42,284 bases of DNA, taken from positions 1-42,284 of the forward strand of contig UYFQ01000075.1 of assembly GCA_900617105.1 (NCBI GenBank). The letters are read 5' to 3'. The first letter of the stretch is position 1. Each line of letters begins with the position of its first letter. Positions 22,529 to 36,535 of this stretch are shown in pieces. The notes below the pieces were generated by a model. That model saw only the letters and a list, made by a program, of their open reading frames with translations. It was not told where the DNA came from and ran no database searches. The DNA comes from Hydrurus foetidus (lineage: Eukaryota). The translations under genes were made by a program, and so were the position numbers.

Positions 22529-23023
22529 CAATGATGGGCACCAGCATCTCCTTCCTCATTGCCTATATTCGATTAAACCGCCCTTTCTTGTATCTCAGTT
22601 CCATTTTAGTCAACACATATCATATGTTACCATCAACAAGCCTTCTACTGCCACCGACCACATCTCATTGAGTATCGCACCAATCAGAGAGTTGTTTCTT
22701 TCGGCGTTGATAATTGTGATCAACTTCCCGGATACTGTCGTCCACTTGAAAAGTAACGCGTCAAAGACAAAATTTTGTTCAGATGGATGGGTCAGCATTC
22801 GTATTGTCATAAAGTCAAACATTCTAAGAGATGAAAAAATTTACACGGCCTTTCAAAATTGATTGCGTGGCAGAGATACGAGGAATTCCGATTATCTGCA
22901 TGGTAATTTACGGCATGGTTTACCTCCTGTTTTACAGCTTGTAACGACACGAGAATTATAATCAAATAAATGTCTGCCTTTTTGAAGAATCAAGCGAGGC
23001 GAAGACGAAAGAAAGGAAACGGG

Positions 23024-25016
23024 CTAGCTGTCTCGATTACAAATCCCCTCCATTTCGTTCATAAATGCGTCATTATCATTGTCGGTTTCATAGTGCTTTA
23101 CGGCACCCGTGCTTATCATATTGTTCATGTCCTGCTCAAGCGATGAGATCGACTGAGCAACAGGAGGAGGGATGGCGATGCAGACTAGACCCGATGGGGT
23201 GCTCATATAGGAGCTGTTGACTGTCGGGGCATCAGCTTCTAGATCTGGGAGGGAAGAGTCGATGCCGTTACTGTGACCGCAATCGTCGTTCCTTGGAGTA
23301 GAGGAAGAGGAAGAAGAGGAGGTAGTGATGATGTTGGACTTTGAGCTGTTGCTCCTGCCGAGCACTCTGGAAGACACGCGCAGCATTCGGGGCTTGTCCC
23401 CGCTGTTGCCGATGCTCATCTGCTCGTCATCACCATCGAACACCCATGTGGTGCCGGACACGTGTACCGGGGGCACCGTTTTCACACGGCCAACAGGAGA
23501 GAGGGGAGGTGGTGTGTGGGTGGAACATAGTGGAGAATATTTCCCAGATGAGCTGTCACTGCCAGTAAAACCGATGATTCCGTCCCCCCTGTCCCCTCTG
23601 TCTACCCCTGCTTCTACTTCTGCCTGTGTTTGTGGAGGTGATGTGCTGTACGAAGACTCGATGTCTGTCTCCCCTGACCTCCTCTCAAACAACTCAATAG
23701 CAACAGGCCCTTCCCCAGGCAGCGGCTTTCTTCTCAACTCCTCTGCTGATGGCCTCACACTGCTGCTCTGGCCTACGGAGGGGATCCTCTTCAACAGCTG
23801 GTCTACTAAAGCGTAGCAACTTCGATTTTTGAGAAATTTGTGCTTCAGTAATTCTTCCGTAGAGGGTCTCAAACGTGAATTTTTCTGAAGGCATTTCTTG
23901 TAGAAATCATCGAAGTTACTGGAGAATGGTGTACCGTCTCTCTGTTTGTCATTGGGATATTCTTTCAGGCTTGGTGGGGGTTCCTCTATTGTCAGTACTA
24001 AGACCTTCATAGCGCTTAAATGAGCGTAAGGAGCAACCCCCTTCGCAAGCTCGAGTGCTGTTATTCCGACTGACCAGATGTCTGCATGGAAATCATAGCC
24101 ACCAGCTTGTTCCATCACTTCAGGGGCCATGTAGACTGGTAGTTGTGAAGGAAGGGATGTCAGGGTGTACGGAGTTCCTAAGAAGAGTAGAAAAAAATCT
24201 CGACGTGGTTTCATAGAAAACGGAAAGCTACGGTACGCACCTGGAGTTCCAACTTTGATTTTGATCGACAAAAGCGCAAATGAGAAAGAGTGGCACAAGA
24301 AAAAAGAATTAGTGCTCAATAAATTCTTTCGGTCTATTGATTAACATGACAGCTGATTAGTACTCAGAAAATTTTCGCATACAGATAAGTCAAATTAACA
24401 TACCAAATGTCTTGACAGTATCCTTCCTCTGACCCGAGTTTATCGTCCAGCCGGAGACTCCAAAGTCTAAATTGTTCATGAAGGGATCTCCTCGTGAGAG
24501 CGGCATAAGTAAGAATTATGGCGCACAGTAGTGCTCACCAGCAAGTCTCACAGACCCATGAGAATCCACGAGAATGTTCCCTGGTTTAATGTCTCTGTGT
24601 ATTATTTGACCATTGTTGTGTAGATAGTGCAGTCCCTGAAGCGCTTCGCGGAGGATGTATGCCAACCACTCCTCACTCATACCGTCACCCATCCCTAGGC
24701 CTCTCGCGACATTCATGACCCTAAGACAGGAGCCCTTGTCCATCATCTCGGTCACCAACCACAACTGATCAGCATTCACAAAGCTACAGTAGCATTTCAA
24801 GATGTTAGGGTCATCGCACATTTTCATCGTTTGGACCTCCTGCAGAATGTCTTCAAAAGACGATGATATGTGTTCCAGGTCCATTATTTTTATCGCAACG
24901 AACGAATTCTCTTTGCTCTTTATTCTCGCCCGGTACACATTCGAGAAGGCACCACTCCCAATGCGGGCTTGCTGATCGTAGAAGCTGGCATGTAACCAGT
25001 TCGAAATCTCGGTCAT
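23024..25016 (-). CDS. STE20-family Ser/Thr kinase (OSR1/SPAK/Fray-like); exons 25016-24539, 24466-24404, 24252-24241, 24135-23024
   Basis: IGSGAFSNVY, VAIK, IHRDIKPGN, spliced LADFGVSG and TFVGTPVYMAPE, DIWSVGITALELAKG. Confidence 0.92.
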
Positions 25017-26236
25017 TAACGCTAGCTAGTTAAGATACTCATGCACTTTTTCCTTAAAACGAATTTGTCACCACTAACACACTTATTGCGCTGATGATTC
25101 AGTAAGCATAGAAGTGGGTCGATGAGATGACAAGTATCCTTACAAACGATACCGTAGCACTTCTAATCTAAATATTGCTAAGATTTGTTCATTCACCTCT
25201 TGTCGAATCAATGTTTCGAAGGTATATTCGTATTCGAAACTGGGAATACGAGATACCGTACAACATACTGCCCGTAGGCCGGAGGCCCATGCTGGTGGTT
25301 GCTACCGTACAAATATTGTCATTTGGCGTCATAATCGTTTTTTTATGTGTTCTGAAGAACGTTACTGGAGGTTAAGTGAATTCCGAGAGGAAGTATGACT
25401 TCTGCGTAGAACATGAAAAAAACATTGATCAGTATTTTTTTACAGCAAAAAGTACAAAAAAAAGTAACATTCTAGGCTGCTTCCTGTTCTACGCCTCTAG
25501 GTCTAACTATTTTAATGAGTTTTCTCAGGTTAACGTGTATTTGAGAGTTCATTTTCAACTTTCGAATGACACTTCAACATTAAATTTAAGTGTTAGGGTT
25601 GATCGCTTACTAACATACTCGATTGGGTTCATAATTTGAAAAATAACGGGTTAACGTCAACTAGACATGGGCTGACGGGATTTTTCAAAATTATTACGAA
25701 CAGATGACTATCGAGCAATCGGGCAGTACGCTACCGTATATTATTGAAGTCACAACAGAACAGCACTTTTAAGGATTTTCTTGAAGCATGATTGATCAGT
25801 ATAGAGTGAGAGTTGTTTTTCTCAGCAGTTATTTTGAGTGCAAAGAATGGTATTCCTGGTTAGTTGTGACTCCGACAATTTTTGAGTTCTGTTTGAAGTT
25901 GGAAAGTTGCCAGCGGACAGCGGAACTTTTACTGAGTACCGTGTACACCGTGTATACCGTGTACTACTGAATGTTGAGTAATCCCCTCTGCTCCACACAA
26001 AATCTAGAATAATTTATTTGAAATCATGCTGCTTTATTTATATGAATTTTGATGCTCTATTTTGATTTGAGTTTTTGTATTCGTCACGAGGACATTTGCA
26101 GTTAAATCATTCAAGACTGCCAACACTGGAACTCGTTGACAGCGAATCTGTCGGCGTGATACTCCTGATTAATTATCAGAAGTAAACCTTGTCGCTTCAA
26201 AGATAAGGGGTCCTGATTTAATCTAGAGTTATATCA

Positions 26237-29107
26237 ATGATGCTAAATACTCAAAAAGGCGAGGAATTTAGAAAGGTATAGCAAATTGTTTTATTTGAGA
26301 TTACATTCTTCTCATTCGCATGTGCGGCTTCTATTGCGAAGATGTCTGTTGGATCAATCATGCCTATCATGGTTCTCAAATTCAACTTATCGGGTAAAAC
26401 GGTGTTAACGTTGACACAGTATCGCGACATCGCCCCAGAAGCTGTGGAAGATGCCACAATTATAAATCTCATTCAAAAAAGCGCGGGGAATCACTCAGCA
26501 ATCAGCGCAGCAATCGAGAATATGTGGCATGGTGAGTAGCTAAAAAGTTTATATCTCTCATGTACTTTCTGGGTTTTCTGGCCGATGAGTAATCGACAAT
26601 ATTTCGTCACTGAACGGGTGTAAAGACTTGCCGGATCAGAAAGCTGTTGGAGTACGAGATGAATGGAACACGACGTCGAAGTCGAGACCAAAGAAGGTAG
26701 AAAGAATGATGCACCAGTCAAATCAGTTAGTTCACTCCACCTGCAGCCAGAACTCTGTCTGACTCAAACTCTACGGCAGGATGTAATCGCTGCAAATCAA
26801 GGGGATTCGAGGGGTGGTCGCGGTGGCAGAGGGAGAAGTATGCCGCCTTCGGGAGGTAGGGGACAGGGAGCAGGGGGGCGTGGTGATCGTGATCGTGTCT
26901 CAGGTCGAGGGGCGGGGGCATCGGCAGGAAGGGGGGCAAGCACAACACGGCCTGTCGCTCTAGCAGCTTCTTCATCACAGACAACTGCGCCACATCAAAC
27001 TCCAGCTGTTACGGCAACTGAGCAGCCAGTGGTGTCCGCACCCGTCGCAGTCCCAGTAGCTGCCCCTGCCCCTTCCAACGGGGGGTCGGGATGGGGGTGG
27101 GGAGGAACAACTCTCGCACAGAAACTCAAACAAGCCGAAATACAGAAAAATTTACCACCACCTGCTCCTGTTGTACAAGTTGTTGTTGAGGAGGTGAGAT
27201 AAAATGCATTTCGATTTCGTACTATGATTACACTCTTTATCTGCTCTTGTTCTTTGTTCTTATCGGAACCCTATGCTTCTGTTCGTCTGAAGGCACCCGC
27301 AGTCGTTGAAGAAACAGTCAGTGAGGAAGGGGAAGTAACAGCTGATGTTGAAGTTGAGGAGGAGGAGGAGGAAGAAGAGGAGGAGGAGGCATTACCGGAG
27401 GTGATTAGTGTTGATGATGCGGCACTGTCAGAGCACATTGCGGAGCTATCCGTCAAGGAGTCTGTTGCGGAGGTCGTCAGGGAAGAGCTACCAGTAGATG
27501 CACCTGCTACTACCATTCAGCCCATTGCAGTCTCTGCTCCTGTGCCGGAGGTGGTGAGGGAGAGGGAGATCGAACACGTACAAGAGATGATTCCCGAAGT
27601 TGCCCCAAAAGCATTCCTGAAGATGGGGAAGTGGGAGGCACCCTTGGAGTCTTCACCCTTTCAATTCGGCTCCTTCGGCAACTACAGCAGTGCTACTAAC
27701 GATGACTCTATCTCCATGTCAACTCCTGCCCCATGGGGTGGCGTTGCTGAGAGTACCGAGCAGCAGAGCTTAGATACTACTGCTGGTGTGTGGGGTGCGT
27801 CATCAAGCGGCTCTGACGGAGGTGCATCAGCCTCGTCATCATCCGGCCCATCTCCTATGAGTTCTCTATTCCCCGCCCCCAAGGGCTTGCCTTCTGTGCC
27901 GTCTGATTCCCCCTCAGGTGTGTCCAGCTCGTCTCAGAGTCAGAGTGGCAGATATGACCAGAAGCCCTCAGCTCCCCCTGGATTGGAGCTACATTCCCAT
28001 TCAGCGATGTCGAAACCGATTCCAAGACAGGACAGCAGAACATCTACACCTGGACAAGCTCAGAGCAGGGGCAAGCATGAAGCGAATCAGCAACTGCAAC
28101 AGCAGCAGCAGCAACAACAAATACAACAGCAGCAATATCAACCTCCATACCAACACCCTGCCACTGTCCCTCCTGCAGCTGTCAGAGGCAATGCGCCAGT
28201 GGCTTCCTCCCCCTATGCCTATGCCCCTGGGTTTGAGATTCAACCCCAATACCAAGCTCCTTATCAACCCACTCCAGCTATGCCCGCCCCAGTAGCTGGC
28301 ACGAGTCCAGTCGCTGCTGCTGGCACCCCTTCAACCCAGCAGGCATCAGCAGCCCCTCAGGGGCAGCAGCAAGGACAGGGACAGCTGCAATACGGTCCCC
28401 CTCCTGGCATGCCCAGTCACTATGGCAACCCCTACTACGCCAACCCCTACTACGCCAACCCTGCTTATTTTTACGGCCAACCACAGGTCCAGAATCCTTA
28501 CTACAACCAAGGAAGGGACTATCAGGCGTCTAGACCGTATGGCGCTGATCCCTATGCGCCTGGTGTGCAGTACCCCGTCTACCAACAGGGGGGAGGGTTT
28601 CCAGATGCGTCTGGCTCTTACCCCAACATGCCTATGCAGCAGCAACATCCCTCCATGGGCCCCCAGGGACAGGGTGCAGCCACCGCTCCTGGTGCTGCGG
28701 CAGCAGGGGGACAAGGGCAGGGCAAGCAGCAGAAGGGCGTAGGGGCCTCATCAGCGGCACCACAGCAACAGCAGCAGCAAGACCTCAATCAGGGCTACGT
28801 GTACAATCCGTATAACCCTCGAGACGCCCAATGGCAATACCAACAGGCGGCACCCGGGTGGGGTGCCCCTATGATGGGCTTCCCCGGAGGGCCTGGCCAA
28901 TCACCTCCCGGAGCACAAGGATTTTCACAGGGTCAGCCTCCCCAATCTGCTGGTCAAGGTCAACGGCCTAGTGCCTCTTACGGGGGCCCACCCGGACAGG
29001 GCCACCAGCCCCAACAGGGACAAGCACAGGGTCAGTCCTTCTCGAGAGGCCCCGCTCCTAGTGCAGCGGGACCATCAAGTGGAGGAGGATCAGGCCAGCA
29101 CTGGTAG
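26237..29107 (+). CDS. UBA-like, RGG and Q/P/Y-rich low-complexity protein (UBAP2/Lingerer/GIP1-like); about 5 exons
   Basis: Exons 26237-26275 and 26420-26531 give a UBA/CUE-like helix bundle. Then EWNTTSKSRPKK, RGG boxes, poly-E, FQFGSF and a prion-like C-terminus. GT-AG junctions are in frame; the family call is inference. Confidence 0.7.
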
Positions 29108-29841
29108 ACCCCAAGATGGACAAACACCCTTCGTCCATCCATGTCCATGCCCGTGGACTTCACTGCATGCCTCTCGATACTGCGGTTTGTGTCAGGTCGA
29201 ATTATCACTAGGTTAGAAGAACATTTTCTGCCCTCGATATGACATCCTTTACCGTTACGGTACTGCGTAGAGTTCCACGTTGCGACACCGGATAAGGCGA
29301 AGGTCATGTTTAGTCAAAATAAGCCAATATTGTTCATATAATATAAAAAATTCACAAAAATAAGAGCGGTTTTACAAGCAAGAAGGTCTTGTACGTGTGA
29401 GCGAATGGCTCGTCAGACTGATGGAGAGAGATTAAGTATGGTCTACCTATCGGGTCGACAAGGAAAAACAATTAAAGCAGTATGTGCTACTCTCAAAAAT
29501 GTGTGGTAGGGGAATCGAGATGGGAAGCATCTAGTGGAATGTAAGGTACAGCGTCTATCTCAAGGAGGTGGTCACGATACCAGAGGGGACGTATCTGTAA
29601 TAAACACAGTGAGCAGCGCCATGATACGGTGCTGCGAACTAGGCAGTACAGGTGATAAAGAGGGAGAGACAGCGGCGACATTACATCTCCACTCCATAGG
29701 AAAGACTCACTGACTGTGAGAATCGTCACTCTCGTGCCGTCAAGATTGCATGTATGTTTCAGATAGTGCAGAGTTTGTTACACAGACCAGCTACAAGTAC
29801 AGTCAGCACTTCCCATCCTACACCTCATGCACTCGTGTAGG

Positions 29842-32800
29842 CTATATGGTTGAAGAAGTTCCCACCACAACGCCATTCGGCTTGTCCTTCTCCCTTTCCC
29901 TCTCTCTGTGACTGTGGCTGTGGCTGTTTTCTATCCTTGGTGACGAGACCTGAGGGGGGGAGGGCATTCCCCCCCCAGGGATGAGATCCTCCAGCTCTGA
30001 GCAGTCCTCATCATAGTCCTCTGCTGTGCTGTGTGCGTACCTGGGCTCCATGGGCTCTCTCCTCCTTCGCTCAATGGACCGAGGCAGCAGCAGGGCGAGT
30101 CGGGAATTGATCAGTGTGGCAGCTCCGAGGAGAGTGTAGTACACCAGCCAGTCAGTGCGTCTCTTGTTCCCACTCTGTGCCACCATCTGGGAAACTATGA
30201 AGGGCGCGCACAGCCTTGCGAGTGAGACGAAGACCTGTCCTATACCGTTGACAGTCGCTCTCTCGTGACTGTAGCACGAGTTGTTCACCAGGATGAAGAT
30301 GCTCACGAGAGTGAACATTGTGGATGTCCCTGCTGCAGTCAATGCGACAGTGATACTCACCCACACAGCCTGAGCACTGATGTTGTTTTCTTTCACTAGA
30401 AAGAGGATTGGGAGAGCGAATAGCGTCAGAGCGAACAAGGCACATCCGAACCGATATGTGAAGAGCACTCCGTGTGACTCTACTAGCACAGGGTAGACTG
30501 ATAGTTGCAGCAGCACGGTCGAAGCGGCTGGGGATTTATATTTAATGTGTTGATGTGAGATAAACGAGCTTGAGAAGAAAGGGGATTTGAGTTTTGATTT
30601 GTAACTGTGAGCTTAAAGAAAGATTTAGTAGCGCGTTAAGATAAGGACAAGGTTCGAACACACAGATTTGGGTAAGTAATCAGCATGTTATTTTTAGACT
30701 CAAATAAACAGAAAATGTTTACCCAATTCTTTCCTCTCATGCACACAACAGTTTGAGTGAATATATCGGAGCATTTACAAGTATGAGACTGAGTTGCGAC
30801 GATTTCGTTTCTCAAATCGTACTTCATCCCAAGGGTATATGATGGAATTGGCAGTCCAATTATCAAGCAGAAAATATCACACTGCATGGAGGCTGTTCAG
30901 AGCGAAAGACAGGCACATATTAATGATAAAAGTGTACGTGCTCTCACCTGCTATCAGAATGGCAGTGCCTATGTCGTACGTGTTGAAGGAGAACCCCCCT
31001 GACTTGAGAGGAGCCACGAGCCACAGTGAAATCATCTCCGTGAATAGCAGCTGTGCCAACAGAAAGACAGAGAGTGGGAGAGGAGGGAAGTGAAGGGAGT
31101 AGAGATATAGAGAGAGAATGGGAGGGGGAAAGTGAAGGAGAGAGAGGGGGGCAGGGGAGGTAGGAAAGTTAAGGAGATGAGAGATGAGAGAAACCATGTG
31201 TGAGATTATGCAGTTCCGGATAGTAGAGCACTGTGAAATACACCACTAGAAAAAGCATACACAATTGTTGTATCAGTGACTTAGAGTCACACTGCCATTG
31301 GATTTCTCTGCAAGACAGCTTAGCATTCAAAATACCACTCTAACATCGGTACTGCTAGCTGGTATCCATAAAAGTCAGTGATAACATCAGCTAGCTGAGA
31401 AACAAAGCAGTTAATCAAACAAACACATAGTTAGGCAGCCAACAAATCACAACCCCACAATCGCATTACCTGAACAAGTCCGTTCGCACCGTACATAAAA
31501 GTTGTCACAAGAATCTGTTTTTTGCTCAATAGATATCGGACACGTTGAAGTAAAGTGCCGTGTCTTGCTGCAAGGGAATTGTTGAACTCAGATCCGTTAC
31601 TATAGCGTGTGTGTGTGTTGGTGTCCCTGTCAATGTCAATGTCAATGACAATGTTTACGTCAGTATTCATGTTAATGTAAGGAGGACAAATAGATGATTA
31701 TTACTTAGTCAGGATGGCTGGTAGCATGTTGATATGTTGCAGTGCAGTGCAGTGCAGTGCAGAGGGGGCGTTCACTTCTATGTGTCTCCTATCTATGATT
31801 ACAGTGTATGTGAGGCATTCAGAGGGTCAGAGAGGCATTACGAGCAACCAGAGAGACAGCGAAACATTCACATCAGCCAGCCAGCCAGTCAGTGTGTGCA
31901 ATACGGTTCGTTAGACCTACCAGTGTGTCAATCAAGGTATCTATCAGTCAGTCAGCGTGTTAGTCAGTTAGATAGTCAGTCAGTATTCTAGTCAGTCAGT
32001 ACGTCACTCCGTATCGTCACCTGGTATTACTCGTTGGTCGGTCCACACTGTCAGCTACATCAATATGGAGGGACAGCCTGGACTCTGGACCCATCACATT
32101 CTCGATGACATCCAGTCTATCGTCCCGAGATGAGTTCGGGTTGCTCACTGGATGATCATCCGGTCTCAGGTGTTTTAATTGACCGATGCCTAAGCTGCTC
32201 GAGCCTATTACCTTCACCATGACGAGGGAAGAAAAACTCACACGTCTAGAAGACTGCTGGGTACTAGGCATTTCAATATCATCACTATCTTTATCTCTGT
32301 CCCTCTCCCTAAGCACATCAGACGGTCTGCTGTCCCAGTCGTTTTTACGCATTCTATCGACATCCCTATTTTCGGTATCTCTGGTTGGTCTTTTTCCGCA
32401 ACCCTCTGTGCATTTATTGAAATCTAAAGAGATGCAATCCACTCCAATGTCACCAATATCGTGTCTTATTCCCTCCATGTGTCGATCCCCATTTAATTCT
32501 GTGCCGTTTCCACGATGACTTGCATCATAATCGACACCGAATATCTTGTTACGCGGTGGTGAATCAGCACGAAATAAATCATCATCCTCATCGACATCTG
32601 TATGCCTCATCACAACACTTCTGCAGCAGTCGTCTAAGGACATTTTGTCGGCATCTGGAAGATGATTGCCGTTGGGAGTATCTATGCTGGGATTTATGCG
32701 AAAATGAGGAGGGAGAGATTCTTCGATACGAGCAGTGGTGGGCGTACTCAGTCCACTTATATTGCTGTCACACTTATTGATGACGTCAGTCCTAAGAGAT

Positions 32801-33861
32801 ATTAGAGGCAGTGCTAAAGCGAGAGATTTCTTTGTAGCCGTAACCGGTTTCATGACTCTGCTCTGTGCAGTGTGTTGCACAGGACGCAATGCGTAGTAGC
32901 TGCTAGATTGAGTGTCTGGCTTCCCATCACTGCTCTCAACGTCAACCACAGCATCATCTGCATCTATTTCTAGGTCGAGATCAAAGTCGCTGCTACTAAC
33001 CTCACTGTACATCGCATTTCCTCTCCGTAGTATCCTTCTGTTCTTATTCTCGGATTTCTTCCTCTTCTCAGTTGGACTTCGTTTCAGTCGTATTTTTAAG
33101 GTCTCCTGCAATTCGAAATATGCAAATAGAAAAATAATCGCACAGCTAATTGCAACTGCTGCAGATGGCAAAGCAAATGGAAACTTGTCGAGCAAAGTAT
33201 CTTTAAAAACAGAGAATCTGTTTGCCGGAGACACGAGAAATCCACCGACCAGAAAACCAATAAAGCGCCCTGATCCTCCGAATACCCCATAAAGGGCCAT
33301 CCCTTCAGGTGTGTTTGTGTCATCTAGTATCTCACCGATGTATGTTTTCGAAACACCTATGTTACCGTTGAGGATCCCCCATAGAAATCGCAAAGTTACA
33401 GCAGCTGAGAAAGTGGGTGAGAATCCGAATAGAATAGCGGCTATGAGAGTCCCAATGAGACCATTAAGAAGAGCTATCCTCCGACCATATTTATCAGCTA
33501 GTACACCCCAAAAAATATTCCCGAAAATACTTCCACCACTGAATGCAGCTCCTAAATTTTGATTAATCGTCAGACTTAAGTTGATATCTCAATTAATTTA
33601 GTTGCAGTAAGCGCAGATGGTGTAACTCATTACAATCATTTCATTAATAGCGTTACCTAGATATCCAGCCCTGTATCCCAATTCTACAAATGACAGATTG
33701 GAGGAAAGGTGTGCCGTTAAATATGGCAGAAAAGAGAATATCATCCAAATGGACCAATTGTTTATTGCTAGTATCAGGCCGAGAATGACCACTTTTTTGA
33801 AAGGTAAGGGCGTCGTCGGCAAGTGGCCTTGTCTGCCATTTCTGTCTCTGCTTCTGGGCAT
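29842..33861 (-). CDS. MFS transporter (ZIFL/DHA1-like); exons 33861-33657, 33551-32021, 31599-31470, 31050-30948, 30527-29842
   Basis: WGVLADKYGRR motif A, RFLWGILNGNIGVSKTYIGEI, hydrophobic helices, RATVNGIGQ; splice phases are consistent. Confidence 0.88.
31740..32000. repeat. Intronic simple repeats (CAGTG)n and (CAGT/CAGC)n
   Basis: Directly visible inside the MFS intron. Confidence 0.7.
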
Positions 33862-34440
33862 TTTTCAGCTGCTGGAAACGCTGGGTACGGTGCGAGAAGT
33901 TTCTGACGTCACGATGGATTAAATCATAGAATTCATTTAGCGATAAACGAGTGGCATGAAGTGATATCAGTCAAGTGTCCCTCTTCTCTTGGTGCTGTGA
34001 CTGGAACAGTGCGAAGGTGTTCTGTCATTTCTTATTTCTCAACTTTCACTATTATTTTTTCAAAAACTTTCAAAGTGGATGGCATCACACAAAAAGATCC
34101 CCCCTGAATGTAGCTCACGTAGCTACTGGGATCTAAAATGAAGGCGATTGGCGTTAGCTAGAAAGTCTTGATCTTTATCACGAGTTGGTACATTTCGATT
34201 TTTGTTTTTTTGTTCATGACTCGTGACATTTCTATTGTGAACTGTGTGAACTAATAGCAGACTGTACTGCGTTGTAGACTGGAGCACACAGCACTCAGCA
34301 CTCATCAACAGGAGTATCGCTGAGCGCTTGTGATGTTGTTTTGCATTTAGCAGGATGAGCGCAACATTTTCCACCACGGTGTGCCAACTAATCTTCAGCA
34401 TCTAAGTTCACTCGTAGATCCACATGCATGAGGATTCAAA

Positions 34441-35031
34441 ATGGCGTCGCAGGAGTCAGAATGTTATGACGTTAAGAAAAGAAAAATTGAGAAGCTGCTG
34501 GCAACTCGGAAAAGTATAACAGATTTCTTCAGAAAAAGATCGGAAGAACTTCACTTGATCAAGGAATCGTCTACCGTGCCTACGGATTATATACTGGAGT
34601 TTGCTCGCTACACAACCTTTACTCTACGTGCTCCACAAGGATGGATGCCAGGAATGCCATTGATAGGAGGTCATCCCCCTGCTCCTCAACCAGATCAAAT
34701 GCGAGATGGAATCCTTCAGAGGTACAATCAACAGCGTCCGATCATAGATGCACCCAGTGAAGAGAAAGTGATGAAGGAAATGAAAGACATTGTCAAAGTG
34801 CGAGTAGTACCTAAATCCCTCACATCGAATGATTTACATCTAAAAGAGGTCATCAGCGCACCGATTCCGTATGATGCTATAAAATCGCATAGTGGGACAA
34901 CTATTGCAACTGCTACTGTGGACTCTACTGAAATTGCAGCTGATCAGCAACCACTGAAACGAGCGAGACAAATCAATATTTCTTTTGGTCTGTCGGATTC
35001 AGAATCATCTGACGATGATGGCGAGAAGTGA
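34441..35031 (+). CDS. MED4: Mediator subunit 4-like protein
   Basis: ILEFARYTTFTLRAPQGWMPG...PPAPQPDQMRDGIL resembles the Med4 C-terminal motif; acidic tail. Confidence 0.6.
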   Translation: MASQESECYDVKKRKIEKLLATRKSITDFFRKRSEELHLIKESSTVPTDYILEFARYTTFTLRAPQGWMPGMPLIGGHPPAPQPDQMRDGILQRYNQQRPIIDAPSEEKVMKEMKDIVKVRVVPKSLTSNDLHLKEVISAPIPYDAIKSHSGTTIATATVDSTEIAADQQPLKRARQINISFGLSDSESSDDDGEK

Positions 35032-35833
35032 CTATCCGATGAGTTGCATAGATGGCGCGGTCGGAAGATCTTATTCAGGATAACATGCCAGATGGCTTGC
35101 CAAGAAACAATGCATAGAGTCTCTTGAAGACTGCAATACATTATATCACAGAGGTAGCTGCTGGCATTTCAGCTGCTGTGGTCAAGATTGCTCCGATCAA
35201 TACTGCTACATCTTGAAACAGACGTCCAATTTAGCGCGTTAGTAATTTTGGGACTTTTGCTGAATAACACTCTCAACAGAATCTAATCTCGACACTCCCG
35301 CACAGAATTTCAGCTCGACCACGAATACCTGAGCTTAAAAGCACAGACTTGCGACTACATGCTTCAACTTATGTCAGTTCTGTCTCTGCAGTATACTCAT
35401 CGATTCACCTTGCATCATCACTATAATTTGCCAGCATTCAACTACTCTGTGTTAGAGAAATGAAGATAAACAGTAATTTCTGTGAATGTTGTCAGCACAG
35501 TTAATAGATTCATAGAAATTCTTCATCTAATTTTTTATCAGGTTTTCCCTGAAATTTTAAATTGAATCACATAATTGAGGGCTCTTTGAGCTGTAAGCCT
35601 CTCGCGGAGTAACTACTGTACAGTATTGCGGTTTCGACGGTGGGGTGCTGATAAAACTCGTGTGTGGATTTTCTAATAATTTTATGTAATCAAAAGACAC
35701 AAAGAAGAAAGAAGTGCCGACGAGTTTAGGCAACACTTCGGCTGAGAGAAATGAATCCTATTCCCAATTATTGAGAACATAAAAATAAATATTTGAATTC
35801 TACGCCTCAACGAGGCCACCGACGCGGTATCAA

Positions 35834-36535
35834 ATGCTTCCAGCTGCGACAACACGAGGTTTGGTCTTCAGAATCGCTCGAAAAGCTTTCTGCGACAGAT
35901 CTCAAGTTTGCGTAATAAGGAGCACTTCATCATTTACTGCTGGATCGCGGTCATTGTTTGACTTCGACGTGGAGACATCAGCTGCGCCTGAGACAGTCAA
36001 TCTGAGGACATTCAAGTAAGATTTTTTTTGACATGTGCAGTATCTGCTCAGAACGACCGGCATTAACAGACGATATCTCAAACATCTACTGCTGTACTGA
36101 CACAGAGGCAAGAATGCTTACCTGATCGTTAACGTCGCCAGCGAATGAGGGTTGACCCACCAAAATTATAGCGAATTGAGGCTACTCTACGAGAAATACA
36201 GTGATGATCTCGAGATTCTTGCTTTTCCTTGTAATAATTTTGGAGCGCAAGAGCCAGGGACGAACGCTGAGATAGTCAAGTTTGCTACAGCTAAAGGGGC
36301 AAAGTTTCCCATCCTCGGCAAGGTCGACTGCGAGAACGGCAATAAGACAGTTCCTCTGTTCTCATTCTTACGTGCCAGTATTCCAAACGGAATGTTCGGC
36401 CAGGGTTTGAAATGGAATTTCTGCAAGTTTCTTTGTGATAAGGATGGTACACCAGTAAAACGTTACATGCCCATAACTTCACCACTGGGAATCGAGAAGG
36501 ATATCAAAGAGATCATCGCTCAAAGCAAAAAATAA
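35834..36535 (+). CDS. GPX: Selenocysteine glutathione peroxidase (PHGPx-like); exons 35834-36015 and 36106-36535; Sec TGA at 36146-36148
   Basis: Spliced reading IVNVASE-U-GLT, ILAFPCNNFGAQEPG, KWNFCKFL; Arg-rich N-terminal presequence. Confidence 0.93.

Noticed and set aside
22530..22980. Possible small gene between the kinase and ALG11
   Set aside because: Only short ORFs, with no motif and no consistent splice model.
25140..26200. AT-rich divergent intergenic region with TACCGT repeats and a GGGTTAA piggyBac-like end
   Set aside because: No matching opposite terminus or target-site duplication was found.
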